From: Alphaproteobacteria bacterium
GTDB taxonomy: Bacteria; Pseudomonadota; Alphaproteobacteria; UBA828
Reading direction: 5' to 3'
Length of the DNA stretch: 64,000 nucleotides
Assembly (NCBI GenBank): GCA_963422645.2
Contig: CAXXVO010000009.1
Span: 224,001-288,000, forward strand
Positions 41,027 to 54,196 of the stretch are shown piece by piece. Below the pieces are notes generated by a model. The model was not told the DNA's origin, ran no database searches, and saw only the letters and a program-made list of their open reading frames with translations. A program made the position numbers and the translations under genes. Each line of letters opens with the position of its first letter. The stretch's first letter is position 1.

Positions 41027-41890
41027 TCAGTTGCAGCGGGAGGCGGCATCGACGAGGGCGCGCCGGGTGAGGCTACGCACCAGATCGCGCCGATAGTCCG
41101 CGTCCGCGTGAAAGTCTTCGCTGGGGTCGATGCTGTCCGCCGCCGCCGCAGCCGCCTGGCGGAAGGCATCGTCGCCCGGCGCCGCGCCCCCAAGCACGTC
41201 CTCGGCGGCGCGCGCCCGGTGCGGCCCATCGCCCACGCCGGCGCAGACGATCCGCGCGCCCGTGCAGGCGCCCTCCGCTACTTGGAGCGTCGCGCCCACC
41301 GCCACATAGGCGAAGTCGCCCTTGCGAGGGCTCACCTCGTGAAAGCCTGCACCCTGGCCGGCCGGCGCGCGGGGCACGCGAACCTCGACCAGAATCTCGT
41401 TTGCCTCAGCCGCCGTGGAGAGCGTGCCGGTGAAGAAGTCTTCGGCAGCGACGGTGCGCGTGCTGCCTGCGCTTTGCAGCACCATCTCCGCATCGCTCGC
41501 CAGCGCCACCGCCGGCATCTCCGACGCCGGGTCGTTGTGGCAGAGATTGCCGCAGAGCGTGCCGCGGTTGCGGATCGGCCCGTGGGAGACATAGGGGTAG
41601 GCCAGAGCCATCAAGGGCGAGGCGTCGCGCACAGCGGCGGATTCCAGCACTGCCTTGTGCCGCGCCAGCGCGCCGACCCTGAGCTGCCCGTTCTCCAGGG
41701 TTACGTAATCGAGGCCGGGAAGGCGGTTGATATCGATCAGCACTCCCGGGTGCAGCGCCCGCAGGTTCAGCATCGGCACCAGGCTTTGGCCGCCTGCGAG
41801 CACCTTGGCCGCCTCGCCGTGCTCGGCGAGCAGCGCCAGCGCCTCGTCCAGGGTATCCGGACAGCAGTAGTCGAACGGTGGCGGTTTCAT
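41027..41890 (-). CDS. FAD-binding medium subunit (CoxM/CutM family)
   Basis: LAGGQSL, IRNRGTLCGN. Confidence 0.95.
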   Translation of the reverse strand: MKPPPFDYCCPDTLDEALALLAEHGEAAKVLAGGQSLVPMLNLRALHPGVLIDINRLPGLDYVTLENGQLRVGALARHKAVLESAAVRDASPLMALAYPYVSHGPIRNRGTLCGNLCHNDPASEMPAVALASDAEMVLQSAGSTRTVAAEDFFTGTLSTAAEANEILVEVRVPRAPAGQGAGFHEVSPRKGDFAYVAVGATLQVAEGACTGARIVCAGVGDGPHRARAAEDVLGGAAPGDDAFRQAAAAAADSIDPSEDFHADADYRRDLVRSLTRRALVDAASRCN

Positions 41891-42104
41891 CCAGTCTCTC
41901 CCCTCTTCCGGCCCGCCGCCCGGTGGCGAGCCGGGCGTGGTACGCAGTCGGGTGGCAGTCTAGAGCAAGCCCGCGCCCTCTTCCAAGCCGAGCGCCGCGC
42001 CCCTTAGCGCGCGCCCCGCCGGTCGAATCCGGGATTTCCGCACAAGTGTGCGCTTACTCGGGATGTCGGGAAGGGCCGGGAGGCGGCCAAGCACTTGAAA
42101 TGAT

Positions 42105-42181
42105 TGGTCGGAGTGAGTGGATTCGAACCACCGACCCCCGCCTCCCGAAGACGGTGCTCTGCCAAGCTGAGCTACACTCCG
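42105..42181 (-). tRNA. tRNA-Pro(CGG)
   Basis: Minus strand CGGAGTGTAGCTCAGC...CCGTC-TTCGGGA-GGCGG...GGTTCGAATCC...CTCCGACCA, 77 nt. Confidence 0.97.
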
Positions 42182-42302
42182 ACCGGCGCGCGGGGGCGCT
42201 GTGATCGTCGCCCCTGCGCGCGCTCCTTATAGCCCCAGGGGCCCGGAGCCGGCAAGCAATGCGGCGGTCGCCGCGTGCCCCGGCCTTGGCCCGTGCTGCT
42301 CC

Positions 42303-43706
42303 TCAGAGCGCGGGCCGCTTGTCTGCCCAGGGGCGCGCCTGCTCGAAGGCACGCGCGGCCTGGAGCACTGTCAGGTCGGCGAAGCGCTTGCCCACGATCT
42401 GCAGCCCGACCGGGAGGCCTCCGTCGGTAAAGCCGCAGGGCACCGAGGCGGCGGGGTTCTGGCTGAAGTTGAAGGGGTAGGAGAATTCGGCCCAACTGAT
42501 CCAGTCCCATGGATGGGACGGCCAGTGCTCCGGTTGCAGCCGCTCGGCCGGGAAGGCCGGCACGGAGACGGCCGGCGTGAGCAGCAGGTCCCAGTCCTCG
42601 AAGAAGCGGTGCACGGCCTCCACGTAAGCCAGCTTGCGCGCCCGCGTCTCGATGTAGGTCGCGCCGGTCATGCCCTCCGCCGCCCGGATGCAGGCGACCA
42701 GGCCGGGGTCCATGCGGTCTTCGAACTCGGCGAGCAGCGGGCGGTAGCCGTGAAGATGGATCGGCCAGAGCAGGCGAATGATCTCCGGCCCCTGCGGGCC
42801 AAAGGGCAGCGCCGGGCTCTCCACCCTGCAGCCGAGCGATTGGAACGCGTCTGCGGCACTCTGCACCAGCGCCGCGACGTCGGGGTCGACGCGGGCGTGC
42901 CCGAGGTCCGGGCTGAAGGCGACCTTGAGGCCCGCGATCCCGTCGTCGAGCCTGGCCGGGTAATCGGCGGGCGGAGCCTCCAGGCTGGTGTGATCCGACG
43001 GGTGAGGGCCGGCCATCGACTTGAGCATCAGGGCGGCGTCGCCCAAGGTGCGGGTCATCGGCCCGACGTGGGAAACCTGATCGTTGTTCTGCACCGGCCA
43101 ATTAGGCACCCGCCCATACGAGGGCTTCAGGCCGAATATGCCGCTGAAGTGCGCGGGCATGCGGATCGAGCCTGCACCGTCCGAGCCCTGGTGCAGCGGC
43201 CCGTAGCCTGCGGCCGCAGCGGCGCCGGCGCCGGCCGAAGAGGCGCCCGTGTTGTAGCCCTCTTTCCAGGGGTTGGAGGTGATGCCTGTGAGCGGGCAGT
43301 GACTCACGCCGGACCAGCCGAATTCGGAGGTGGTGGTCTTGCCGAGGATGATGGCGCCGGCCTCCTCGAGCCGGGGAATCACCGGGGCGTTCGCCTTCGG
43401 CACGTGGCCCTTCAGCGCATGGGAGCCGCGCTGCGTGGGGATTCCGGCGGTCTCTGTCAGGTCCTTGATGGTGACGGGCAGGCCGAAGAGCGCGCCTGCG
43501 GCATCGCCATTCATCAGCGCCGCCTCGGCGCGTCGCGCGGCCTCCCGCGCCCGCTCGGCGGTGAGCGTCGCGAAGGCGTTGACGCGGGGCTCGCAGGCCT
43601 CGATGCGGGCCAGCACGGCGTCGATCAGCTCGACCGGCGAGAGCTCCTTGCGCCGGATCAGAGGCGCAAGCTCGGTGGCTGGCGTGAAGCAGAGATCATC
43701 GGTCAC
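42303..43706 (-). CDS. Amidase-signature family enzyme
   Basis: IKDL, GASSAGAG, GSDGAGSIRMPA, GLKPSYGR. Confidence 0.94.
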   Translation of the reverse strand: MTDDLCFTPATELAPLIRRKELSPVELIDAVLARIEACEPRVNAFATLTAERAREAARRAEAALMNGDAAGALFGLPVTIKDLTETAGIPTQRGSHALKGHVPKANAPVIPRLEEAGAIILGKTTTSEFGWSGVSHCPLTGITSNPWKEGYNTGASSAGAGAAAAAGYGPLHQGSDGAGSIRMPAHFSGIFGLKPSYGRVPNWPVQNNDQVSHVGPMTRTLGDAALMLKSMAGPHPSDHTSLEAPPADYPARLDDGIAGLKVAFSPDLGHARVDPDVAALVQSAADAFQSLGCRVESPALPFGPQGPEIIRLLWPIHLHGYRPLLAEFEDRMDPGLVACIRAAEGMTGATYIETRARKLAYVEAVHRFFEDWDLLLTPAVSVPAFPAERLQPEHWPSHPWDWISWAEFSYPFNFSQNPAASVPCGFTDGGLPVGLQIVGKRFADLTVLQAARAFEQARPWADKRPAL

Positions 43707-43766
43707 CGGCGACTCCTCGGCGGTCGTGGATTGGGGGGCGGATCATGGCTGGCGCGGGCACCTGTG

Positions 43767-44885
43767 TCATCCCGCCCCGTCGACCAGCGTGTCACGCAGC
43801 AGGTCCTCGTCGAGCTCGGCACCGAGCCCGGGGCGGTCCGGCAACGTCAGCCATCCCTCGTCGTCGGCCTCGATGGTCTCCTTGAGGCAGAAGTCGCGCT
43901 GCGCCGGCACCCAGTCCGGCGGGTCGAAGGGGAACTCCAGATAGGGCGCGCCGCCCGTGCCGATCGTCAGGTGGGCGTTGGCGAGGAGCCCCAGGCCGCT
44001 GCCCCACGTGTGCGGCGTGAACATCAAGCCGGCCCGGTGTGCCGCCGCGGCGATGCGCGCGAGCCCGGTGATGCCGCCGGTGAACACGCAGTCCGGTTGC
44101 AGCACGTCGAGGCAGCCGCGCTCGATCAGCGTGTGAAACTCGTGGGCATCGCGGGTCACTTCGCCGCCGGCGATCCTGACTGCCGTCTCTGCGCGCAGCG
44201 CGGCCATGCCGGCGTAATCGCCCCGATGCAGCGGCTCCTCCATCCAGTAGACGTCGAGTTCGGCAAGCGCGTGCGCCACCTTGCGGGCGGTCGCGAGCTC
44301 CCACGGCGGCGCGGTGTCCCAGGACATGCGCCAGGCCTGGTTGCAATCGACCATCAGGTCGATATCAGGGCCCACCGCGTCGCGCACGGCGGCGGCACGT
44401 CCGATGTCGCGACGCCAGTCCTCGGTGGAAAAGCGCAGCTTGATGGCCCTGAATCCCCGGGCGACGAGCCCTCGCGCCGTCTCGCGGCTCGCGGCCTCGT
44501 CGCGCCTGAGCGCCGTCGAGGCATAGGCCTGCACCCGGTTGTCTGTGCCGCCGAGCAGGCGATAGACGGGCGCGTTCTCGATCTTGCCGCGCAGGTCCCA
44601 AAGCGCGAGGTCGAGCGGCCACCAGCGCCCGTAGTGGAAACAGAGGTTGTCGAGCACGGCGTGGTGGCGCTCGATGTCGCGGGGGTCGCGGCCGAGGAAG
44701 AGGTCCGCGTGCTCGGCGAAGCCCCCCATGGTATCGCCCGCCGCGACGCCCTCCAGCCCCTCATCGGTGCGGACGCGTACGAGGCTGATGGAAAAACTCT
44801 CGCGGGGCCTGCTGTCCCACGAGACCGCCACGGGCGGGTCGAGCGGAATGCGGTGACGCGTGATGTCGATTGCAGCGATTTTCAT
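43767..44885 (-). CDS. Mandelate racemase/muconate lactonizing enzyme family protein
   Basis: DLALWDL, MVDCN, WMEEP, GGE, LQPD. Confidence 0.92.
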   Translation of the reverse strand: MKIAAIDITRHRIPLDPPVAVSWDSRPRESFSISLVRVRTDEGLEGVAAGDTMGGFAEHADLFLGRDPRDIERHHAVLDNLCFHYGRWWPLDLALWDLRGKIENAPVYRLLGGTDNRVQAYASTALRRDEAASRETARGLVARGFRAIKLRFSTEDWRRDIGRAAAVRDAVGPDIDLMVDCNQAWRMSWDTAPPWELATARKVAHALAELDVYWMEEPLHRGDYAGMAALRAETAVRIAGGEVTRDAHEFHTLIERGCLDVLQPDCVFTGGITGLARIAAAAHRAGLMFTPHTWGSGLGLLANAHLTIGTGGAPYLEFPFDPPDWVPAQRDFCLKETIEADDEGWLTLPDRPGLGAELDEDLLRDTLVDGAG

Positions 44886-44888
44886 GGG

Positions 44889-45314
44889 CTAAAGGAGGTC
44901 GCGCAGCACGGGAACAAGCGGCGCATCGGCAGGCGGCATCGGGTAGTCGCGGAGCCGCGCGGGCCGCACCCAGCGGAGCTCCTGGCCTTCCTGCGGCGTC
45001 ACGAAGCCCTTCCACACCCGGCAGACGTAGAGCGGCATGAGGAGGTGGAAGTCATCGTAGCCGTGGGAGGCGAAGGCGAGAGGTGCGAGGCAGCTCTGCT
45101 CCGTGTCGATGCCGAGCTCCTCGCGCAGCTCGCGGATCAGCGCGCGCTCCGGCGTCTCGCCGGCCGCGAGCTTGCCGCCGGGGAACTCCCACAGCCCTGC
45201 CATCGCCTTGCCCGGCGGCCTGCGCGCCAGCAGGACGCGGCCGTCGGCATCGACCAGCGCGACCGCAGCCACGAGGACGATCGGCAGCCCCCCTTCAGGA
45301 GCGGTAGTCGGCAT
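44889..45314 (-). CDS. mutT: 8-oxo-dGTP diphosphatase (Nudix)
   Basis: WEFPGGK...ETPERALIRELREELG; adjacent to argJ and secA. Confidence 0.88.
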   Translation of the reverse strand: MPTTAPEGGLPIVLVAAVALVDADGRVLLARRPPGKAMAGLWEFPGGKLAAGETPERALIRELREELGIDTEQSCLAPLAFASHGYDDFHLLMPLYVCRVWKGFVTPQEGQELRWVRPARLRDYPMPPADAPLVPVLRDLL

Positions 45315-46530
45315 TAATTTCGATATAGCCGCGGGTCAGGTCGCAGGTCCAGACGGTCGCAGAGCCGGAGCCCGCGCCGATCTCGACGGCGAGCTCGACC
45401 TCTTGCCCCTGCATGTGGCGGGCCGCAGCCGGCTCGTCGAATGCGGGATCGGCCACGCCGTCCTTGGCCGCGCGCTCGCCGCCAAGCCAGATCGAGAGCC
45501 GCTCCTGCTCGAAGGGCACGCCGGCCCGGCCGACCACCGCAACAATTCGCCCCCAATTGGGATCCTCGCCGGCGATCGCTGTCTTCACCAAGGGTGAGTT
45601 GGCGATGGCGAGCCCGAGCTTGCGCGCCGCCCCCTCCGACGCCGCGCCGCTTACCGTGATCGAGACCAGCTTTTGGGCCCCCTCCCCGTCCCGCACGATC
45701 TGCTGGGCGAGATCGGCGAGCACGGCTTCGAGGGCGGTTCGGAACCCGTGGAGCCGCGGGTCGCCCGCCTGCGCAATCCGCCGGTGCCGCGCGGCGCCGG
45801 TGGCGAAGAGCAGGCAGGTGTCGTTGGTCGAAGTGTCGCCATCCACCGTGATGGCGTTGAACGAGCGATTCACGCCGCGCCGGACCAGAGGTCCCAGCAC
45901 CGCCGCCGGCAGATTCGCATCGGTGAACACGTAGGCGAGCATGGTGCCCATGTTCGGCGCGATCATGCCGGATCCCTTGGCGATGCCGTTGATGACGACC
46001 GGCACGCCTTCGATCTCGGCCGTGGCCGAGGCGCCCTTGGGGAAGGTATCGGTGGTCATGATCGCGGCTGCGGCCGTGGGCCAGTCGTCGTCTGCGAGGC
46101 GTGCATGAAGCGCCGGCAGCGCCGCAGTCAGCTTTTCCGCCGGCAACTGCTCCCCGATCACGCCGGTCGAGCTGACGAAGACCTCCCGCGCCTGGCACCC
46201 GACCAGCGCGGCGGCCGCATCGGCGGTCCGGCGCACGGCCGCATGGCCCTGCTCCCCGGTCGCTGCGTTGGCATTGCCCGCATTGACCACCAGCGCCCGT
46301 GCGACGCCATCGCCCTCCCCGAGCAGCGCGCGGCACCACAGCACCGGCGGCGCCGCCGTGTGCGAGCGGGTCAGAGTGCCTGCCACCGCCGTCTTCGGCG
46401 CAAAGGACGCGAGCAGAAGATCGGGCCGGCCCTGGTAGCGCAGCCGCGCCTCGGTGGCGGCAAGCCGAACCCCTGGAACGGGCGGCAAGTCGGGGAAGCG
46501 CGCGGGTGCAAGGGGGGATATCGCGGTCAT
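45295..46530 (-). CDS. argJ: Ornithine acetyltransferase / N-acetylglutamate synthase
   Basis: [35 protein letters not shown]. Confidence 0.97.
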   Translation of the reverse strand: MTAISPLAPARFPDLPPVPGVRLAATEARLRYQGRPDLLLASFAPKTAVAGTLTRSHTAAPPVLWCRALLGEGDGVARALVVNAGNANAATGEQGHAAVRRTADAAAALVGCQAREVFVSSTGVIGEQLPAEKLTAALPALHARLADDDWPTAAAAIMTTDTFPKGASATAEIEGVPVVINGIAKGSGMIAPNMGTMLAYVFTDANLPAAVLGPLVRRGVNRSFNAITVDGDTSTNDTCLLFATGAARHRRIAQAGDPRLHGFRTALEAVLADLAQQIVRDGEGAQKLVSITVSGAASEGAARKLGLAIANSPLVKTAIAGEDPNWGRIVAVVGRAGVPFEQERLSIWLGGERAAKDGVADPAFDEPAAARHMQGQEVELAVEIGAGSGSATVWTCDLTRGYIEINADYRS

Positions 46531-46685
46531 CGACCTCTCCTGATAACGAGCCGCGCAACCATACAGGCAGAGCCCGAACGAGACGAATACCGCGCGCCGC
46601 GTTGACAGGACCGGAACGCGCGCCTATCTCTCGGTCATTGGCGTCGCTGTGGGCGGCGGCAGACGTCGGCTGTCGGGATGATGCC

Positions 46686-49493
<2,808 letters not shown>

Positions 49494-49550
49494 GCAGCCG
49501 GAGCTCCACCCTCTCCCGGAATTTACTGCCTGCGGAGCGCAGGCAGAGAC

Positions 49551-50159
49551 TCAAATGATGATGCCGCCGAGTAAGCGGCGCCACTTGTTCTCGTGGTCGG
49601 TGCCGAGCACGAGGTCTTGGTCGGCTTCGATCACCGCCCAGTCGCCGCGCGCGATCTCCCCCTCCAACTGCGAGGGCCCCCAGCCGGAATAGCCGAAGAG
49701 CAGCAGGCTGCGGTGCGGCCCCTGGCCAAACGCGATGTCCAGCAGCGCCTCGAGGTTGGTGGTAAGCGCAAACGCGCCGGAGAGGACCCTGGTTCCGCGG
49801 ATCGCGTACTCGGCCGAATGGAGCAGGAAGCCGATTTCCGGCTGGACCGGGCCGCCGTAATGCAGGGTAACGGAGCCGTTGCTCAGCGCGCCCAGGCCCT
49901 CATCGTCGAGATCGATGCCGAGCCGATCGAGAAGTCCCTCGATGGGCCCGGTGCTGACCGGCTTGTTGACGACCAGCCCGAACGCGCCCTTCTCGTCGTG
50001 ATCGACGAGATAGATCACGGTCTCCTGGAAGCGCGGGTCGGGCATGTCCTCGCTCGCGACCAGCACCCGACCGGCCAGCCATGAGTCGGCCTGCGCGGCG
50101 CCGGCGGCGGCGCCCGCGACCAGGAACGCGATCAGGCCGAGGGCTCGCAACAGGCGCAT
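49551..50159 (-). CDS. YqgE/AlgH family protein
   Basis: DPRFQETV, GAFGLVVN, GGPV, GYSGWGPSQLEGE. Confidence 0.88.
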   Translation of the reverse strand: MRLLRALGLIAFLVAGAAAGAAQADSWLAGRVLVASEDMPDPRFQETVIYLVDHDEKGAFGLVVNKPVSTGPIEGLLDRLGIDLDDEGLGALSNGSVTLHYGGPVQPEIGFLLHSAEYAIRGTRVLSGAFALTTNLEALLDIAFGQGPHRSLLLFGYSGWGPSQLEGEIARGDWAVIEADQDLVLGTDHENKWRRLLGGIII

Positions 50160-50170
50160 GGCTTCGATCC

Positions 50171-50860
50171 TCAGGCGATGCCCAGCAGCGGGGGAAGCTC
50201 CGCGAGCGTCTTGATCTCGGCGTCGGGCGCCTCCGGGATACGCTCCTGCCCCTGGCCGAAGCGGTTGCACCAGGCAACGCGGAAACCGAAGGCGGCAGCG
50301 CCGTTGGCATCCCAGGCGTTGGACGACTGGAAGCTCACCTTGGCCGGCGGCACGCCGAGCCGATCCACCACCAGTTGGTAGACTGAAGGATGAGGTTTGA
50401 AGATGCCGACCTCCTCGACTGAGAGGACGGCGTCGAGACTATCGCCGATCCCCGCCGCCTCGACCGCCGATTCGAGCATCCCCGGCTCTCCGTTGGAGAG
50501 AATGGCGGTCCTCAGCCCCTGCGCCCTCAGCGTTGCCAGCGTTTCCGTCACTTCCGGGTAAGCGTCCAGGGTGCGGTAGGCCTCCATCAGCTGGGCGCGA
50601 AGCGCGTCGTCCTCGATACCGAGCTCCCCCATGGAGAAGTCGAGCGCGTCGCCGGTAACTTGCCAGAACCCCGTGTAGCGGCCCATCAGGCTGCGCAGCC
50701 AAGTGTACTGGAGCTGCTTGTGGCGCCAGAGCTCGGCGAGCGGCGCGGCCCTGTCGCCGAGCGCCGCAACGTGGCGCCCGGCCGCTGCGTTGTAGTCGAA
50801 GAGCGTGCCGTAAGCGTCGAAAACGCAGACCGCGATATCACCGAAGCGCGGATGGGCCAT
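50171..50860 (-). CDS. Haloacid dehalogenase type II
   Basis: FDAYGTL, KQLQYTW, ILSNG, FKPHPSVY, SSNAWD. Confidence 0.93.
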   Translation of the reverse strand: MAHPRFGDIAVCVFDAYGTLFDYNAAAGRHVAALGDRAAPLAELWRHKQLQYTWLRSLMGRYTGFWQVTGDALDFSMGELGIEDDALRAQLMEAYRTLDAYPEVTETLATLRAQGLRTAILSNGEPGMLESAVEAAGIGDSLDAVLSVEEVGIFKPHPSVYQLVVDRLGVPPAKVSFQSSNAWDANGAAAFGFRVAWCNRFGQGQERIPEAPDAEIKTLAELPPLLGIA

Positions 50861-50962
50861 GCCCCTCCTCCTCCCGATGCCGGCAGAGTGTGCCGGGGCG
50901 CTGCGACAGCAATCGGGCCGGCGGCCGCGGCCGCCGCGTGTTCTTTCGCCCGCGACCCCGGT

Positions 50963-51181
50963 CTACTTGTGGCGGAAGATGATACGGCCCTTCGACAGGT
51001 CGTAGGGCGTCATCTCGACATCGACCCGGTCGCCGACGAGCACGCGGATGCGAAACTTGCGCATCTTGCCCGCCGGGCGCGCGATGATCTCGTGGCCGTT
51101 GTCGAGCGCCACGCGGAACATCGTGTCCGGCAGCTTCTCGCGAACCGTGCCGGAAAACTCGAGCAAGTCCTCTTTGACCAT
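50963..51181 (-). CDS. infA: Translation initiation factor IF-1
   Basis: 72 aa; [25 protein letters not shown]. Confidence 0.95.
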   Translation of the reverse strand: MVKEDLLEFSGTVREKLPDTMFRVALDNGHEIIARPAGKMRKFRIRVLVGDRVDVEMTPYDLSKGRIIFRHK

Positions 51182-51480
51182 GGGCGAAGGCGCCGCTTCT
51201 CTATTCAAAGGACGACGCAGCCGATCGCGGGACAATTGTGCCGCGCCATGGGCCGCCGGGCCCGGGTTGTCGCATAGCGCGGCCGCTTTGTGAAGCGCGT
51301 TTCGGGCGGCTCGCGGAAGCAAGCGCTTGTCGTAAGGAAAATAACACCCGCTGCACGGTTGGCAGGCGAGGCCATGATGCTATTGTTGCGCCGCGCGAAA
51401 GGCGGCCGAACGTGGTTCTTGCAGACCTGCTCGACTGCCGCTCGCGGGTCGAAGCGAACTCATCGGAGCGGACTCGTCGG

Positions 51481-52575
51481 ATGGCGCAGGTACGCCTCAC
51501 CGGACTGACCAAGAGCTACGGTTCGGTGCACGCGCTTCGCGGCGTCGACCTGGAGGTCGACGACGGCGAGTTCTTCGTGCTCTTCGGGCCGAGCGCGGCC
51601 GGAAAGACGACGACGCTGCGGGTCATCGCCGGCCTCGAGAGGCCGGACGGTGGGTCGTTGACCGTGGACGGGCACGACATGACCGGCGTGCCCGTCAAGC
51701 ATCGCGACACGGCGATGGTTTTTCAGAGCTTCGCCCTTTACCCCCACATGACGACCTTCCAGAACCTCGCGTATCCGCTGCGCGAGATGAAGATGCGACG
51801 CGCCGAGATCGACGCGCACGTGCGCGAGACCGCGGAGCTGCTGCGCATCACCCACACGCTCGACCGCAAGCCGGCATCGCTCAGCGGCGGCGAGCAGCAG
51901 CGGCTCGCCATCGGGCGCGCCATCATCCGCCGCCCGCGGCTCTTCCTCTTCGACGAGCCGCTCACCAACCTCGATGCCAAGCTCCGCCACGACATGCGCG
52001 CCGAGTTCAAGCGGCTGCACCGGGAGCTCGGCACCACCACGATTTACGCGACGCCAGATCAGCTGGAGGCGCTCGGCATCGGCGAGCGCATCGCCGTGAT
52101 CCAGCACGGGCAGATCACCCAGGTCGATACCCCCGACCGGCTCTATGCCAAGCCCATCGACCGCCACGTCGCCTCGCTGATCGGCGACCCGCCCATCAAT
52201 CTGGTCAAGGGCACACTCAAGCCGGGTGGGAACGCCGGTCCAACCATCGAGCTGCCGTTCATGGAGTTGGATGGCAGCGTCTGGGGCGAGAGGCTGCAGG
52301 CGCTCGACCCGGGAACCGAGCTCCTGGTCGGCATCAGGCCCCACGACCTCTCGCTGGTCGACAGCGGCGGCGACGGCGTGGCGGCAACGATCGAGATCAC
52401 CGAGCCGCAGGGCGACATCACGATACTCGACCTTTCGGCGGCCGGCGTACCGCTCCGCATGGTGGTGGCGGAAGCGACCGGCGCCCGCTATACAGCCGGC
52501 GACAACGTGCGCATCGCGCTTGCCGGCGCGGATACACGGCTTTTCCTGAGCGACTCCGGCACCATGGTGGCATAG
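51481..52575 (+). CDS. CUT1 ABC transporter ATP-binding protein
   Basis: GPSAAGKT, LSGGEQQR, DEPLTNLD. Confidence 0.93.
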   Translation: MAQVRLTGLTKSYGSVHALRGVDLEVDDGEFFVLFGPSAAGKTTTLRVIAGLERPDGGSLTVDGHDMTGVPVKHRDTAMVFQSFALYPHMTTFQNLAYPLREMKMRRAEIDAHVRETAELLRITHTLDRKPASLSGGEQQRLAIGRAIIRRPRLFLFDEPLTNLDAKLRHDMRAEFKRLHRELGTTTIYATPDQLEALGIGERIAVIQHGQITQVDTPDRLYAKPIDRHVASLIGDPPINLVKGTLKPGGNAGPTIELPFMELDGSVWGERLQALDPGTELLVGIRPHDLSLVDSGGDGVAATIEITEPQGDITILDLSAAGVPLRMVVAEATGARYTAGDNVRIALAGADTRLFLSDSGTMVA

Positions 52576-52665
52576 GATGCGGCGCGCCCGCCGGAGCGGC
52601 CGGCCGACACGATCGACGGCAGGCACCGCCGCGCATCGCGAGTAGACCCAGTGAGGGAGACAAGC

Positions 52666-54099
52666 ATGAGACTCATGACGAAGGGCAAGGCGGCACTGCT
52701 CGCCGGCGCGGTGGCGCTGGTCGGCTCTGCCATGTGGGGAGGCCCCGCAAAATCCGAGGAAATCACCATCAACATGGCCGCGCCAGACTGGCCGCCGACC
52801 CGCATCATGCAGGACATGGCGAACGCCAGCTACATGGCGCCGAGCGGCAACGAAGTGAAGCTCGTGATCGACTTCATCCCGTGGCCCGATTACTACACGC
52901 GGCTCGCGGCCTCGCTGACCTCGGGCGAGGAGAAGTACCAGATGGCCGTCAGCGACAGCCAGTGGCTGGGCGCCAACATCGAGGGCGGCTACTACATGAA
53001 GATCAACGAGTTCATCGATGCCGACCCCGGTCTGCAGGCGGTGTTCGAGGATCTGCATCCCAACCTGGTCGCGTCCTATTCCACCTATCCGCATCGCACG
53101 GAAAACTATTACGGCTTCCCGCAGATGCCGGACGTGCTGGTGGTCTATTACCGCGAGGACCTGTTCTGCCACGAAGGCGAGATGGCCGCGTTCAAGGAGA
53201 TGTACGGCTACGACCTGCCCTGCTCGCCCGAGGAACACAACGAAGTCCATTGGAATCAGGTGGCCGACTTCGGCGAGTTCTTCCGCCGGGGTTCCGGTGA
53301 CTCACTGGGCGGCGAGACCCTGAACGACGACTTCTACGGGATCGCCTACCAGGCCGGTAAGGGCTACGACTTCTCCAGCATGCAGATCAACGGCTTCATC
53401 TGGCAGTACGGTGGCAGCATCTGGGACGAGACCATGGAGCCCGAGGGCCAGGCGCTCGGCGTCGTGAACTCCGACACCGCCGTCCAGGCGTTCGAGCATT
53501 ATCTCTCGATGACCCAGCACATGCCGCCCGTGGTCCAGACCGGCACCATGGACATCTTCAAGGTCGACGAGCTGTTCCGCGAGGGCAAGGTCGCCTGGAT
53601 CATCCAGTGGATCGGCTTCGGCGAGTCGGCGATTTCGCCGGATACCTCGAAGGTCCATGACAAGGTCAACTTCGCCAAGATGCCGGGCCTGCTCGTGGGC
53701 GACGAGATCGTGCGCTGGTCCAACATCGGCGGGCAGCCCTTCGTGCTGACCACCTGGAACAGCGACACGGTGGTCCAGGAGTCGCTCGACTTCTGCAAGT
53801 GGTGGCTCTCCACCCCGGTCCAGCACGAGTTCGCCTCGCGCGGCGGGCAGAGCGGTTTGAAGAGCGTCTACACCACGCCCGAGTACATGGAGTACCGGCC
53901 GTGGAACCACGCCTTCGGCCCGAGCCTCGACTGGCAGAGGGACGTCTGGCACATCCCCGAGTTCTTCGAGCTGCTGGTGCAGCAGCAGGAGGAATTCGAC
54001 AAGGCGATTACCGGCCAGATCTCCGCCAAGGAGGCTCTGGACAACATCGCCGTGTTCCAGGATGACCTCCTGCGCGAAGCAGGGCGCATCGAGGACTAG
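52666..54099 (+). CDS. ABC transporter substrate-binding protein (family 1)
   Basis: Signal peptide; YYREDLF; position within the operon. Confidence 0.9.
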   Translation: MRLMTKGKAALLAGAVALVGSAMWGGPAKSEEITINMAAPDWPPTRIMQDMANASYMAPSGNEVKLVIDFIPWPDYYTRLAASLTSGEEKYQMAVSDSQWLGANIEGGYYMKINEFIDADPGLQAVFEDLHPNLVASYSTYPHRTENYYGFPQMPDVLVVYYREDLFCHEGEMAAFKEMYGYDLPCSPEEHNEVHWNQVADFGEFFRRGSGDSLGGETLNDDFYGIAYQAGKGYDFSSMQINGFIWQYGGSIWDETMEPEGQALGVVNSDTAVQAFEHYLSMTQHMPPVVQTGTMDIFKVDELFREGKVAWIIQWIGFGESAISPDTSKVHDKVNFAKMPGLLVGDEIVRWSNIGGQPFVLTTWNSDTVVQESLDFCKWWLSTPVQHEFASRGGQSGLKSVYTTPEYMEYRPWNHAFGPSLDWQRDVWHIPEFFELLVQQQEEFDKAITGQISAKEALDNIAVFQDDLLREAGRIED

Positions 54100-54116
54100 T
54101 TGATCGAGGCGGTATC

Positions 54117-54149
54117 GGGGGCGGCTCCGCATCAGGGGCCGCCCCCTTT
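54117..54149 (+). terminator. Intercistronic stem-loop after the binding-protein gene
   Basis: GGGGGCGGCTCC-loop-GGGGCCGCCCCC followed by TTT. Confidence 0.6.
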
Positions 54150-54196
54150 CCTTCTCACCGATTGCCCCAAACAATGCATTGACCGGCCCCTGAGTC

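Noticed and set aside
42000-42181. tRNA-Pro-anchored genomic island
   Set aside because: No duplicate of the tRNA 3' end and no tyrosine or serine integrase seen in the window.
42201-45317. 1038-aa plus-strand ORF and similar long ORFs (35379-38102, 4624-6729, 11499-13400)
   Set aside because: Antisense shadows of real genes, expected in high-GC DNA; no motifs.
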